The position numbers and the translations under genes were made by a program. A DNA stretch of 58,872 bases, counting the filler, from Basidiobolus ranarum (taxonomy: Eukaryota), in NCBI GenBank assembly GCA_040143965.1. It is 6 parts of 6 records of this genome, joined end to end, with 100 filler letters (N's around TTAATTAATTAA, not from the genome) between each part and the next. Parts side by side here need not be neighbours in the genome. Positions count along the whole stretch, not along the records: positions 1 to 9,749 come from JASJQH010000786.1; positions 9,850 to 19,593 come from JASJQH010000787.1; 4 more parts are not named here. One strand, written 5' to 3'. Of this stretch, positions 1 to 11,717 are shown piece by piece (positions within the stretch are counted from its first letter, which is position 1; each line of letters begins with the position of its first letter). The notes beneath the pieces were generated by a model. It saw nothing but the letters and a program-made list of their open reading frames with translations, searched no databases and was not told where the DNA came from.

Positions 1-580
1 CTACGGTGTTTTCGGGGAAGTTGAAACGCTTTTGGACAACAGAGGTCAATTCACGAATACGACGACCCTTCTCACCGAGAACATCTTGGGTACGGGTGGC
101 ACGGATGATGATTTCGGTACGAGCGGGAGTCACACGTACTTCAACACCAGCGTAACCCTCTTCGGCAAGTTCACGAGTGAAGAACTCGTTAAGTTCAGCG
201 TAGAAGACGCCATCAGCGACGAACTGTAATGATTAATATGAGTTAATATCTAGACTTGATACAAGTGAAATGGTGTTGAGGGGTGGAATTGGTGGGTTCA
301 TTCAGTACTGTACAAAGATGCGTGCATTATGCCACATTCCCGAAGGCAGGCATTCAAACAAGAGGTGTCAGAAATGTTTGAGTATCATCATAAAACCCAC
401 ACAAGGATTGAATCCATTTCAATAGACTCATGGCATCCATTCCAAAGATTATATTCACAAAGAAGGGAATATTCTCTACAAAATACCTCTCACTACGTGA
501 TACGTGTGGAGATACATACTACAAATGATTGACGAACTAAAAGACAATACCTTTCTCTTCTTGGAGATCTGAGCAGCCAT
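1..580 (-). CDS. RPS3: 40S ribosomal protein S3 (uS3), 3'-truncated by contig start; exons 551-580 and 1-223
   Basis: Spliced translation [74 protein letters not shown] intron 224-550. Confidence 0.97.
300..490 (-). ncRNA. Candidate intronic box C/D snoRNA in RPS3 intron 1
   Basis: 327-nt intron versus about 55-90 nt for most introns here; minus strand has ATGATGA (~392-386), CTGA (~371-368), another CTGA (~305-302) and a possible AGAGGT/ACCTCT terminal stem. Confidence 0.35.
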
Positions 581-1032
581 GTTCGATGTAAAGAAGGATT
601 ATACAAATTTCCATTTTTTCGCAATTATACTCGACAGATTCAGGGTGCCAAAATACCACCAGTAAAGTTGGTTTATCTAATATTGTAGGGGGTGCAGATG
701 CATACTGGTATGATGGTATGATTGGTCTAAGTTTTCATTAGGAATCATGTGACCTAGGGTTGGCTATCAACTGATGTTTAAGTAGCATTGATAGCTTCAT
801 TTAAATACAGCCAATAAAACAGTCTAGAATTGGTAAATAAATATAGTGACTTTATTGTGTAGTTAAGATCGTTGCCAAATTGGTGATTTCAATCAGGATA
901 CTAGGCTTACGTTATGAAGTTGGCATTAGTGTTACTTTCATTTTTTCCTGCTCGAACAAATTAGCAAGGTTGTTCAGTTGACATATATTAACTAAACACA
1001 CAAGCTTCACTCATTCATAAATTTTCGTTGAA

Positions 1033-3642
1033 ATGAATATGGAAGAAGGTGACGAACTTTACCCCATCGCAGTGTTGATTGATGAACTTAAGCATGAAGA
1101 TGTTACTCTACGCTTGAATGCTGTGAGACGTCTTTCCACAATTGCACTAGCACTTGGACCTGAAAGAACACGAGATGAACTACTACCTTTCCTTGATGGT
1201 AAGTAAATATATTCGTGTTGACGTGATAGTTATCCGTCCATAATATCTACCCCTTGTACCAACTTACCCTTCCTTTAACTACACAATTTTTGCAGTATCT
1301 ATCCACCTTCGTTATATATATACAGACTTGACCTTTAATACGTTTTGACTTTTTTGGATATGCTTTTCTATAGAATCCATTGATGATGAAGACGAAGTAC
1401 TCTTAGTAATTTCCGAAGAGTTGGGCAATTTTGTTGACTACGTCGGAGGTCCTTCCTTCGCCCATCTTATTCTAAAGCCATTGGAAAATTTGGCTGCTGT
1501 CGAAGAGACAGTTGTAAGAGAGAAAGTATGTTCTACTTTTTGAAATAACAAGCGAGTTATTTGAGTAAACCTTTACTAAACTTTTTATTTACTTTCAGGC
1601 TGTTGAGTCTCTTGCTAAAATATGTGAATGTTTGAGCCGTGAGCAACTCGACCAATACTACATACCCCTTCTTAAAAGACTCACTAGCGGAGATTGGTTT
1701 ACTAGTCGTACAAGTGCTGCTGGACTATATTCCGCTGCTTATAGCTTAGCCTCCCCAAGCACCCAAGAGGAATTAAGAAAGTATGTATTCTATTTGATAT
1801 TCTTTTTAATTGAATGTTTCCTCATCTTCAAACGATTAGACTATTTGCCCAACTCTGCAATGATGACACCCCCATGGTTCGTAGAGCTGCCGCCACAAAT
1901 CTAACCGTATGTGTTGACGATTAATTTTATACTTGATATATATGTGGCTTATGTTTTATTTACGCCTCTTTCTTTAGAAATTTACAACCAAGCTATCGAA
2001 GGAGCATGTCGTATCTGATGTAATTCCATTGTTCACTACTCTTGTTCAAGATGAACAGGTAACGGTACCATATTTTGCGAAAATTATCTTCGGTTACTCA
2101 TACTGGCCAATTGTTTAAGGATTCTGTTCGTTTGTTAACCGTTGAAAATTTGATTACCATCGCTCAAGCTTTGACTAACGAAGAATCGCAACAATACCTC
2201 ATGGAATACCTTAAAGCTCTGTGCTGTGACAAGTCATGGAGAGTTAGATATATGGTTGCTGAGAATTTTGTTAAGGTGGGGGATCTCATATCAGAATGGA
2301 AAAAAACATTTAGTGTTAACATATACAGATAGATTTGTATGGCTATAGGTCCTCAGATTGTCAAAGACGAACTGATCACTGTGTTTGTGAACATGCTCGG
2401 TGACAACGAAGCTGAAGTTCGTAGCGCCGCTGCAACTCAAGTTCCTGGTATTTTTCTTGATCATTGCCTGTCGTCCGATTTAACAGAGACTTACGGTTCA
2501 TTACATTCATAGGTTTTGGGCAACTTATAGGCCATGACGGGATTTTGCAATACATCTTGCCTCATCTCAAGGATCTCATTAATGATACCTCTCAACATGT
2601 ACGTGCTTCTTTGGGCTCCAATATTAGTGGACTCGCCCCTATCTTGGGCAAAGAAGAGTATGTATATCGCACATATGGTATATACCGCTACACCAACATT
2701 GGAATATTCTAATTTTTATATTCATTCAGTACAATTGAACACCTGTTGCCCTTATTCTTACGACTTCTTAAGGATGAATTCCCAGATGTAAGATTGAATA
2801 TCATCTCAAAGCTTGAGGGAGTCAACCAAGGTTGGTTTAGTTGTCAAGCTCTTCAAAATGGAAAACCCCAGCTAAAATCTTATTTTAGTCATTGGAATTG
2901 AGTTACTTTCGCAATCGCTTTTGCCAGCTATTGTCGAACTCGCTGAAGACAAGCAATGGCGAGTCAGATTGGCTATTATTGAATATATTCCTCTACTTGC
3001 CAGCCAACTAGGAGATAATTTCTTTGATGAAAAACTTGGTAATCTGTGTATGTCTTGGTTAGGGGATTCTGTGTACTCTATCCGTGAAGCAGCCACCGTC
3101 AATTTGCGAAAGCTTACTGAAGTTTTCGGAGCTGAATGGGCCAAGCAAACGATTATTCCAAAGGTTCTCGCCATGGGTTCGCATCCCAACTATTTGTATC
3201 GCATGACAACCATCTTCTCTATCACTGTAAGTATGAGTTTAGGGATTGTTATGAAAGATATTATACTAAATATCACCATTCGTTCTCATCAGACGATTGC
3301 ACCTGCCGTTCCTGCCGAGATTATTAAGGAGTTGCTTTTGCCAACTGTCTTGCAATTGGTCACCGATCCTATTCCCAACATTAGATTTAATGTTGCCAAA
3401 TCCTTAGAGACTTTAAGTCCAATTTTGAAGGGCAACCCTGCAACTGCCCCCATAGTTGACAATGAGATTCGCGCCGCATTGCTTAAACTTTCGGAAGATG
3501 CAGATAAAGATGTGAAATATTTTACTCAGCGCGCGTTTGCTCATGGTAAGTCAATTCCCTATTATCTCACTTCCAAGAAATGGAATTCACCATTCATAAT
3601 TTCATCTAATCATTACCGAAACGGTTTTCTATTCTAGTTTGA
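1033..3642 (+). CDS. TPD3: Protein phosphatase 2A scaffold subunit A (HEAT repeats), about 11 introns
   Basis: [30 protein letters not shown]..., [42 protein letters not shown] introns; last exon 3638-3642 supplies the stop; divergent from RPS3. Confidence 0.96.
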
Positions 3643-4336
3643 TGCGAACAAGACCCAGTAACTTAATTTTATTTAATAATCCGCTTATATATGTTCTTTC
3701 AAAACATTCTATTTTCACATTAAAATCGTCGTTCATTTATACAGTTATTCTCTTTGATAACATGATCTTCAAGTTCATATGCTCTTACTTTGCTGTACTT
3801 GAATGATCCTTCTCATCAGCATTCGACTTTGGCTGTGTTGACAATTAGTTGAATTGTTGGCTCATTTGGTTGTATACTTAAGAATATTTAATGTCCACTC
3901 AATAAAATTGGAAATCGTGAACTCCATGGATTTCTTTTTTTTTTGTTACAAGTGATGATGATAACAATTGAGTAGATGTATGTTCTCAATATTTGCATCA
4001 AGTGTCAACTTCACCTTGGATAGTTTTGGATTAGTAATAAATATGGCTATTGTCACTCCAGCAAGACGTTGCATATACACCATAAACAGTGCGATCTACA
4101 CCAGCGGAATCTCGTGGCACAAAATTTAAAACTTAGAAGGATTTTGTGAACATTGATAGTTACTCAAGTGCTTATCTTCTATAGTAAGTGGATAATTATT
4201 ACCACATCAAGTACCATTATCTAATCATTCTTTCTTTTGTGCAGATAAGCCACCTCAACTTCAGTTCATATAAATATCTTGAAGTAGGCACTGTATCTTT
4301 GCTACTTACTACTTATAATATCACAGTATATCTTTA

Positions 4337-5221
4337 ATGCTACAAGCAAATGTTCCAGGGGAAGTAACCGTTCTTGGTTTAGGAGATATGGGTGGAGTTC
4401 TTGCCAAAGTACTTCTTGATAATGGATGTCGCGTCACCGTTTGGAATAGAACAAGCAAAAAAGCTGAATCATTGGTTCGCGATGGAGCTATCCTTGCTCC
4501 AACTGTTGCTGCTGCAGTCAGCTCGAGCCCAATTGTTATCATCTGTATAACTGATTACAAAGTAACACAAAGTATTCTTGAGGCTCCAGAGGTTCTACCC
4601 ACTCTTTCTGGTCGTCTACTAGTCCAATTAAGTACTGGAACTCCTCAAGAAGCACGAAACAGTGAGACTTGGTCCCATAAACAAGGTGCCGAATATCTTG
4701 ATGGTGCTATCTTAGCAACTCCAGTTCAAGTAGGAAAACCACATACTCCTATTGTTATATCGGGTGCTCAATCAGCCTTCCAAACGAGTGAGCCAACTCT
4801 AAAGATTCTTGCTGGAGGCTTGAAATACGTGGGCGAGTCTGTAGGTGCAGCGTCTGCGTGGGACTTGGGTTTTCTCTCTTACCTATGGGGTTCAACGCTC
4901 GGTGTCCTTCATAGTGCACGGATTTTTGAGTCAGAGGGGATTCCTTTGGATACCTTGGGACCCATGGTTACTGAGGTCACCCCAATCATTGGAGAGATGA
5001 TGAAACATGAGAGTGATGTGATCAACACAGAAGTGTACGACAAACCTCAAAGCTCAGTGAATGTTTGTGCTCTATCAGTTGGCTTGTTAATAAAACAAGC
5101 TCAAGAAGCAGGAATCAATTCATCGATTCCAACATTTGCACATGATCTGTTCAAGAAAGCAATGGATGCTGGCTATGGAGACGAAGAGTTTGGCGCTTTG
5201 ATAAAGGTGTTGCGTAAATAG
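4337..5221 (+). CDS. Imine reductase (IRED)-like NAD(P)H-dependent oxidoreductase, beta-hydroxyacid dehydrogenase fold; intronless
   Basis: GLGDMG Rossmann motif, VWNRT, QLSTGTPQEAR, YLDGAILATP, ASAWDLGFLSY, AGYGDEEFGALIKVLRK. Confidence 0.85.
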   Translation: MLQANVPGEVTVLGLGDMGGVLAKVLLDNGCRVTVWNRTSKKAESLVRDGAILAPTVAAAVSSSPIVIICITDYKVTQSILEAPEVLPTLSGRLLVQLSTGTPQEARNSETWSHKQGAEYLDGAILATPVQVGKPHTPIVISGAQSAFQTSEPTLKILAGGLKYVGESVGAASAWDLGFLSYLWGSTLGVLHSARIFESEGIPLDTLGPMVTEVTPIIGEMMKHESDVINTEVYDKPQSSVNVCALSVGLLIKQAQEAGINSSIPTFAHDLFKKAMDAGYGDEEFGALIKVLRK

Positions 5222-5890
5222 ATTAATGCTCTACATTGCATACTAACAAACTTCTTGGCTACTCTGTCATCTATTTGTCATATATTTTCTACGAGTTTGA
5301 TCAAAAGCTTGTAGCAAAGATAAATTATTATTGGAATTAGCTTATACCCAAAGACCTAACACTCGAAAATTCATACAATAAACAAACATTGGAACTAGAT
5401 GAGCAATAGCAAATGGAAAGGTTGTCAAAATAGAGTGAAATTTATTCATGATACACAATGGAATGAATGATTAGCAGTTTGGCAATGATCACACATCTCA
5501 AGAGTAACACCAATGTTTAAGTAAGGTCATTATAGTTTGATGAATTTTAAACGCATTGATAAACTTTATAATCTCACAGGAATATCTGCGGTATTAGAGT
5601 ATTTTGAGAATATCACTTACGTAATTCTATAAGTGATCTAGTACATGCGTAACATGTTAAATAATAAAGTTGCAGTGTTCAAACCATTCATAGTGCTTCA
5701 ATTTCTTCTCAAATATTAGCATTTGTTATGTGCATTTCCAATTAAAATTAGAACGCATGATGAATTTGATACTGCATTATTATTAATGAGCGTATAGGAA
5801 CAGATTAAGTGATATTGCCTGTCATTCCCTTCCAATATAAAACTTAGTGGTCCAATGAGCAATAGTGGAATATCAAACCAGAGCTTTACA

Positions 5891-6219
5891 TGTTAAAGTA
5901 TTTGGGAGCCTGTTGGAAGTGGTTTGGAGAATTAGAGAAATTGGTGGTTTTCACTTGTTGATTTATTGAGTAGAAAGTTGAAATTTATACTTTTGTCAAG
6001 ATGTAAGCATACTAACGTGTAGAATGTGTTAAGGAAGATTCCAGGAACATGTGTGCAAAGTTTGGAGTTTCTAGCACAAGTTATCAAAATCGATATATCT
6101 TCAAACTTCTAAGTAAATTCCTCATGAGAATAATGGGTAATATCTTGGTTCAATATAAGATAACTAAATGCTAAGCTATATATGACTATATAGGTGTTTA
6201 GGCAATGCTAGTTTCAACA
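5891..6219 (-). mobile_element. Solo LTR of a Ty1/copia family with 5-bp target-site duplication TTACA
   Basis: TGTT...AACA ends; TTACA at 5886-5890 and 6220-6224; homologous to the LTR at 10194. Confidence 0.9.
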
Positions 6220-6266
6220 TTACAAGGTCAGATATTCTCAGTGGCAACAATAAAAAGAATGGTATC

Positions 6267-6594
6267 TATTGAAATATTTTGGGAGTTGTTGGAAAGGTTT
6301 TGGAGAACAAGAAGAATTGGTGGTTTTCACCTCTTGATTTATTGAGTGTAAGTTGACATTGACACTTTTGTCAAGATGTATGCATACCAACATGTGATAT
6401 ATGTTCAGCAAGGTCCCGGGAACATGTGCACAAAGTTTGGGTACTTTTAGACAAGTTTGAGAAAATCGCATAATCTGCAAACTTCCAAGTTGGTCTCAAT
6501 ATTCCAAGTAAATTCCTCATGAATGAAAACATAGTGAAATTTAAGTAGCGAACTACATGACTATGTCGATGCCTAAGCTGTGTCATTTTCAACA
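6267..6594 (-). mobile_element. Diverged solo LTR, related copia subfamily
   Basis: Aligns by eye with 5891-6219 (ttgggag..gttggaa..aattggtggttttcac..ttgtcaagatgta); ends ttcaaca; no TSD. Confidence 0.75.
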
Positions 6595-6799
6595 TTTAGA
6601 ACTATGGAATTTTTCCTTTTTGCTCAATTGAATGGAAATAATCGTGTATGTTAAAAACAAACCACACTTGTTTCATGGTATCTAATGTATCAAACACTGT
6701 CTTACAAGCTTACCTTCAAGATAATAGTAATGGATCATGAATAAGCATCATTTAGATAATAGTCTAAAATGCATAAAATATTGCTTACAATGTGAATAC

Positions 6800-7800
6800 T
6801 GAGTTTATATTTATAAATAAATTTCTCGTTATTTACTTCGTATATACAGTACCTTTAGCTTTGACACCATTGATCTTCTTAATCCTTAAGATCCAAGTGC
6901 TTCAATGGTTCAACATTATCATCTCTCTTTTCAGCTGCAGCAATTTCCATTATGGATACGATAATATTGAGAATGAAATTAGCAGCAGCTTTCTGTTCTT
7001 GCTCTACGATCTTATTTCGGACATCAGTAATATTCTTCATGGCTCTACCGCGTTAGATATAGTAATAACATTGTAGATAGTAGCATCTACCACGTCTTCA
7101 TGTCTGTAATTAGCTGGATTATTAATTACATCAGTCAACATGGAACTCAATAATACTATTATCAGCACCACTTCCGTAGATGGATCTATAAACGAATTAG
7201 GTATATCTATCATCGGGAACTGGGTAAACTCGATCAGTTTATCATAATCAAAACTTTTGGGATACTTAAATGTACTTATATACATAGCATACCCACTACC
7301 CACTACCCACTACCCACTACCCACTACCCATAAATTCCATAAATGCTTTGGTGATAGCAGCTAGACCTTGCTTCAAAGTCACAGACCCTTCACTTGTACA
7401 ATCATCATAACAATGGATATGTTTATCAAAAGTACTACTAATAACATTATTTTCAACAGTAGCTGAATTCCAGAAAATCGTTTGTTCTTTATAGGCATGA
7501 TCCATGGCAAAAGGAATATACTTAGAATGAAGTGTATCTTTACTGATGCGCCATAATGTTTGCACTCTAATATTTTGAAATTATACAGCTTTGAGTAAAT
7601 GAATCTAATCACATTTTGGTCAGAAACAAAAGAACTCTTGGCCAGTAGATGAATCATACAAATAGACGATATGTATACCAGTACTTTGCTATCAGTACCA
7701 ATCATGAAAAAATAGTGCAAGAAATAATCAGCAATTAATCAGCAATGAATACAAATAGTCCACTGTATATATAATGATCATATTTTGAGGAGCCATTTTG
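6800..7800 (-). pseudogene. Degenerate ORF fragments, product unknown
   Basis: Consecutive minus-strand ORFs 7379-7720, 7317-7565 and 7037-7303 broken by frameshifts and stops. Confidence 0.3.
7291..7330. repeat. Heptamer tandem repeat (ACCCACT)x5.7; minus strand (GGGTAGT)n
   Basis: Read directly from the sequence. Confidence 0.95.
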
Positions 7801-9179
7801 AAGGTAATCAATCCATGCTCTTCCTAAACAAAACACCAGCTAAAGATCCAAATTTGTATATTATTTTTATTAAATGTTCTTGAATGCATCCTTTTTTTTA
7901 CGTAATTTAGCTGTATAATATACGAATCTTGCTTACCGAATTTCGCTAATTTGAAATGCTACTTTAAGCAAAGATCGAGATAAGTATAAAGAGTCATTAG
8001 AGGATTGGAATGATGTGGTTGATTGACAGCCACAATAAATCTAGATTAGGCACGTCATGGAGTACGAGGTGTGGCCACTTTGGGCTTTCCTGTATACGGT
8101 GGCTAATAATGTTATTTAATGTATATTCCTCCAACTGCCCTTCCAATGGTGTACACATAGTATAGAGACAAGGGCGAGGGCGAGGGCGTGATGTGCGAGG
8201 AAGACTAACTCTAAATCACTCTGATGTCCTGAAATGGTCAGATTGTATAGATCGGCTAATTATCTTCAGCGGATTGAGCCATCAGATAGGAAGCAAGTAC
8301 ATGTAGATAGTGCTCAGATAACGTGTCGTAGTGGTTGGACGCTGAATACTTGCACCATAATCGATACGGATTGAAGTACTGGATGGTAGATACTTAATCC
8401 TTTATCTGAATGACAGCTGTCAGATTATGCATCCAATGTGATGCCACCAACCTGATTCAATCCAGGTTATGAAGATCATCGAGCACGTGAGGATCATGAT
8501 CGAAGAGAGCCGGATCCGATACCTCGTGTATTCGTCTTGACCTAATTTGTTTAAACCAGAAATGGACTCGAACTAATCAGTCTAGGCCCAAATGGTAATT
8601 CACTATGGTTATTACCCTGACCCTACCAAATATTTCTATGGATTAAGATCAAATGTTACCAAATGAGAAAAGAGATGATTACGATCAGGATGGAATGGAT
8701 TCGAAGCTTAAGGAACAAATACGAAGAAAGTACTAAAAATGGGAATCCGATAATATAGATGACCTGAAAGAGTTTACACTAAGAGCTTGGATTCGTTTTC
8801 TTTTGATTCGGACAAATCAGCACCATTCGGGCGCAATATGTTCTAGGCATAGTTACTGATTGTCATTTATGAAGAAACTCGAAGAAACCATGGAAAGAAT
8901 ATGTCAATATTTTGCTCCCTCTCGAGAAATCCATCCCATGCTTATTATCCCCAGCCTTCTCAGTGATCTTAATGAGATTGCCTATTTTATAGATTCTGTA
9001 TTGAAAATCTATTATATCAATCCGTTGGGGGTGATTCTGAATCTAATTCTTGATTCTAGTGGACAACTGGAAATTGAACATCATCGACGGACATCAATGT
9101 TTCTTATAAATATCAGTAGCTGAGCCTTACACTTCTGTATAACATTTCTTTGTTAACGAATCTTCTTACTTAATCAACT

Positions 9180-9749
<570 letters not shown>

Positions 9750-9849
9750 NNNNNNNNNNNNNNNNNNNNNNNNNNNNNNNNNNNNNNNNNNNNTTAATTA
9801 ATTAANNNNNNNNNNNNNNNNNNNNNNNNNNNNNNNNNNNNNNNNNNNN
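9750..9849. other. Artificial contig spacer N44-TTAATTAATTAA-N44 (also 19594-19693, 29428-29527, 39253-39352, 49069-49168)
   Basis: Identical 100-nt linkers with stops in all six frames; flanking contigs decrease monotonically in length. Confidence 0.99.
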
Positions 9850-10541
9850 TGGCAGCAGAACTTTTTTGATGGGTGTCTTCCAAGGCTTTCCATACCTTCT
9901 TGGCAGTTATAGCTCCTGAACATTGAATTAGCAATTTGTCTTTGACATTAAGACAAATTGCATTAAAGGCACTTTGTTCTAGTTTAACCTGTAATAGAAC
10001 TTTGGTTTCAGATAGTTTTGCATTGTTTTCTTCTCCTACAATAATGTCCCAAAGTCCTTTTTCTTGCAGCTGCATCTTCATTTTAATTTTCCAAACTTGA
10101 TTCTTGGTTCCATCCATCTTTTCAGAAGAGGGAAAAGTTCCATAAATTTAAGAAGTAGACATTACAGAGAGTGCAAGCTTTAGGCTCATAACCTGTTAAA
10201 GTATTTGGGAGCCTGTTTGAAGTGGTTTGGAGAATTAGAAAAATTGGTGGTTTTCACTTGTTGATGTATTGAGTATAAAGTTGACATTTAAAGTTTTGTC
10301 AAGATGTAAGCAAACTAACTTATCAAATGTGTTAAGGAAGGTCCCAGGAACATATGTGCAGATTTTGGGGCTTCTAGCTCAGGTTCAAAAAATCTATATA
10401 TTTGAGAACTTCCAAGTTGGTAAAAATATTCTTAGTAAATTCCAATTGAGAATAATGAATAATATCTTAGTGAATTATAAGATAACTAAGTACTAAGCTA
10501 TATATGACTATATAGGTGTTTAGGCAATGTAAATTTCAATT
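9850..10541 (-). mobile_element. 5' end of a Ty5/copia-like LTR retrotransposon: LTR ~10194-10541, PBS 10181-10193, gag start
   Basis: Gag motif DGTKNQVWKIKMKMQLQEKGLWDII...TAKKVWKALE; PBS GGTTATGAGCCTA directly after LTR end ...TTTAACA; gag ATG 10162 has TAA at codon 5. Confidence 0.9.
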
Positions 10542-11717
10542 GTGAAAACTAGGCATAAGGTAATACATATGCAAATAAGCTAATTTGGGATGGCAAATAT
10601 AGTGTGGAATATTTGAGCTAAATTTGGCAATTAAATTCCATACATTAGTAACATCATGTAATTTTACCCAAGTATTTTGATAACTATAAATAAATTGTAA
10701 AAGTAAACAAATTTTGAAATAATAGTAGGCCTTTGAAATTTTGACTATGTGAATAAAATGGCATGCCAAATATAACTGAAAACTTTCAATATGGCTTGAA
10801 TATAAGGAAAATCTCAACTAAATAATGGCTTTTGTTTTGATGAGGTTTTCACCTCATCACACTGGTGGGTGATGGTTTTGGCAGAATTACTTTCATAAAG
10901 GCAATGATGCTTAGATCAAGTCCCAGGGAATGCTTTGAAGCACTCCACTATATCAAATGGATGTACGTTAGAACAGTAACAAAAGTGAGGATAAATAATG
11001 TTGTCAATTTTAGCATAATTTTAAAGCATCAATCATTGCTTTGGAATACCGCCACACTTACAAAGTTATGAACATAAGAATTAACCATGCTGCGTCACAG
11101 ATCTTGTTGAAGCCAGCAGATAGAATCATAAAGATCAGCATCCTGCAGCCCATCAACAGAATCCTGATATGACCCATACACTCAATGAAAAACACAGTAA
11201 ACCAGTACCCAAGCAAGGTTTTCGTTAATGGGATGATCATATTATCAATGGCCTCTGTCTATATGGTCTCATGTTTTGATGATCCTTAGGAGGAGGCTTA
11301 CAAGAGATGTGGCTGGTTGAGAGAAAAACTGCAGAAAGCAATATCTTGGAAGAACCAGGACAGGAAGCTAAGCTTAACTTTGTTACTCTAGAAATATTAA
11401 CTACTGTGTTACAGTTTTAATAAGATTGTTTGGCCAAGTTCTTTGTTTGTTTTTTCTTCTCTCGAAATCTAGTCAGAGTTTAATGTGTTTGATGAACTTT
11501 AATAAATGGGCAGATTTAAATAGCACTAGCAATCGCTGATATAAATAGTAGCAGCATATACCTGGAGAAAAGCGCTACTTTATGTGAGTTGAAAATTTGT
11601 CTCATATGGATGATTATCTATTAGTACTATCAAATACTTAGTTCGCAGTCAGCCTAGTGACACCAATAATGTTGTTAAATAAGATTTTATTTTTTCAAAG
11701 GTTAATGTATGTACACT

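Noticed and set aside
1199-1373. U12-like branch sequence (TTCCTTTAAC) and internal CAG in the long first PP2A intron
   Set aside because: The donor is GTAAGT (U2 type), not RTATCCT, and the flanking exons join in frame with no extra exon
9750-9849. Palindromic TTAATTAATTAA recurring every ~9.8 kb, and ORFs containing X runs
   Set aside because: Artificial six-frame-stop contig linker; ORFs and gene neighbourhoods crossing it are artefacts
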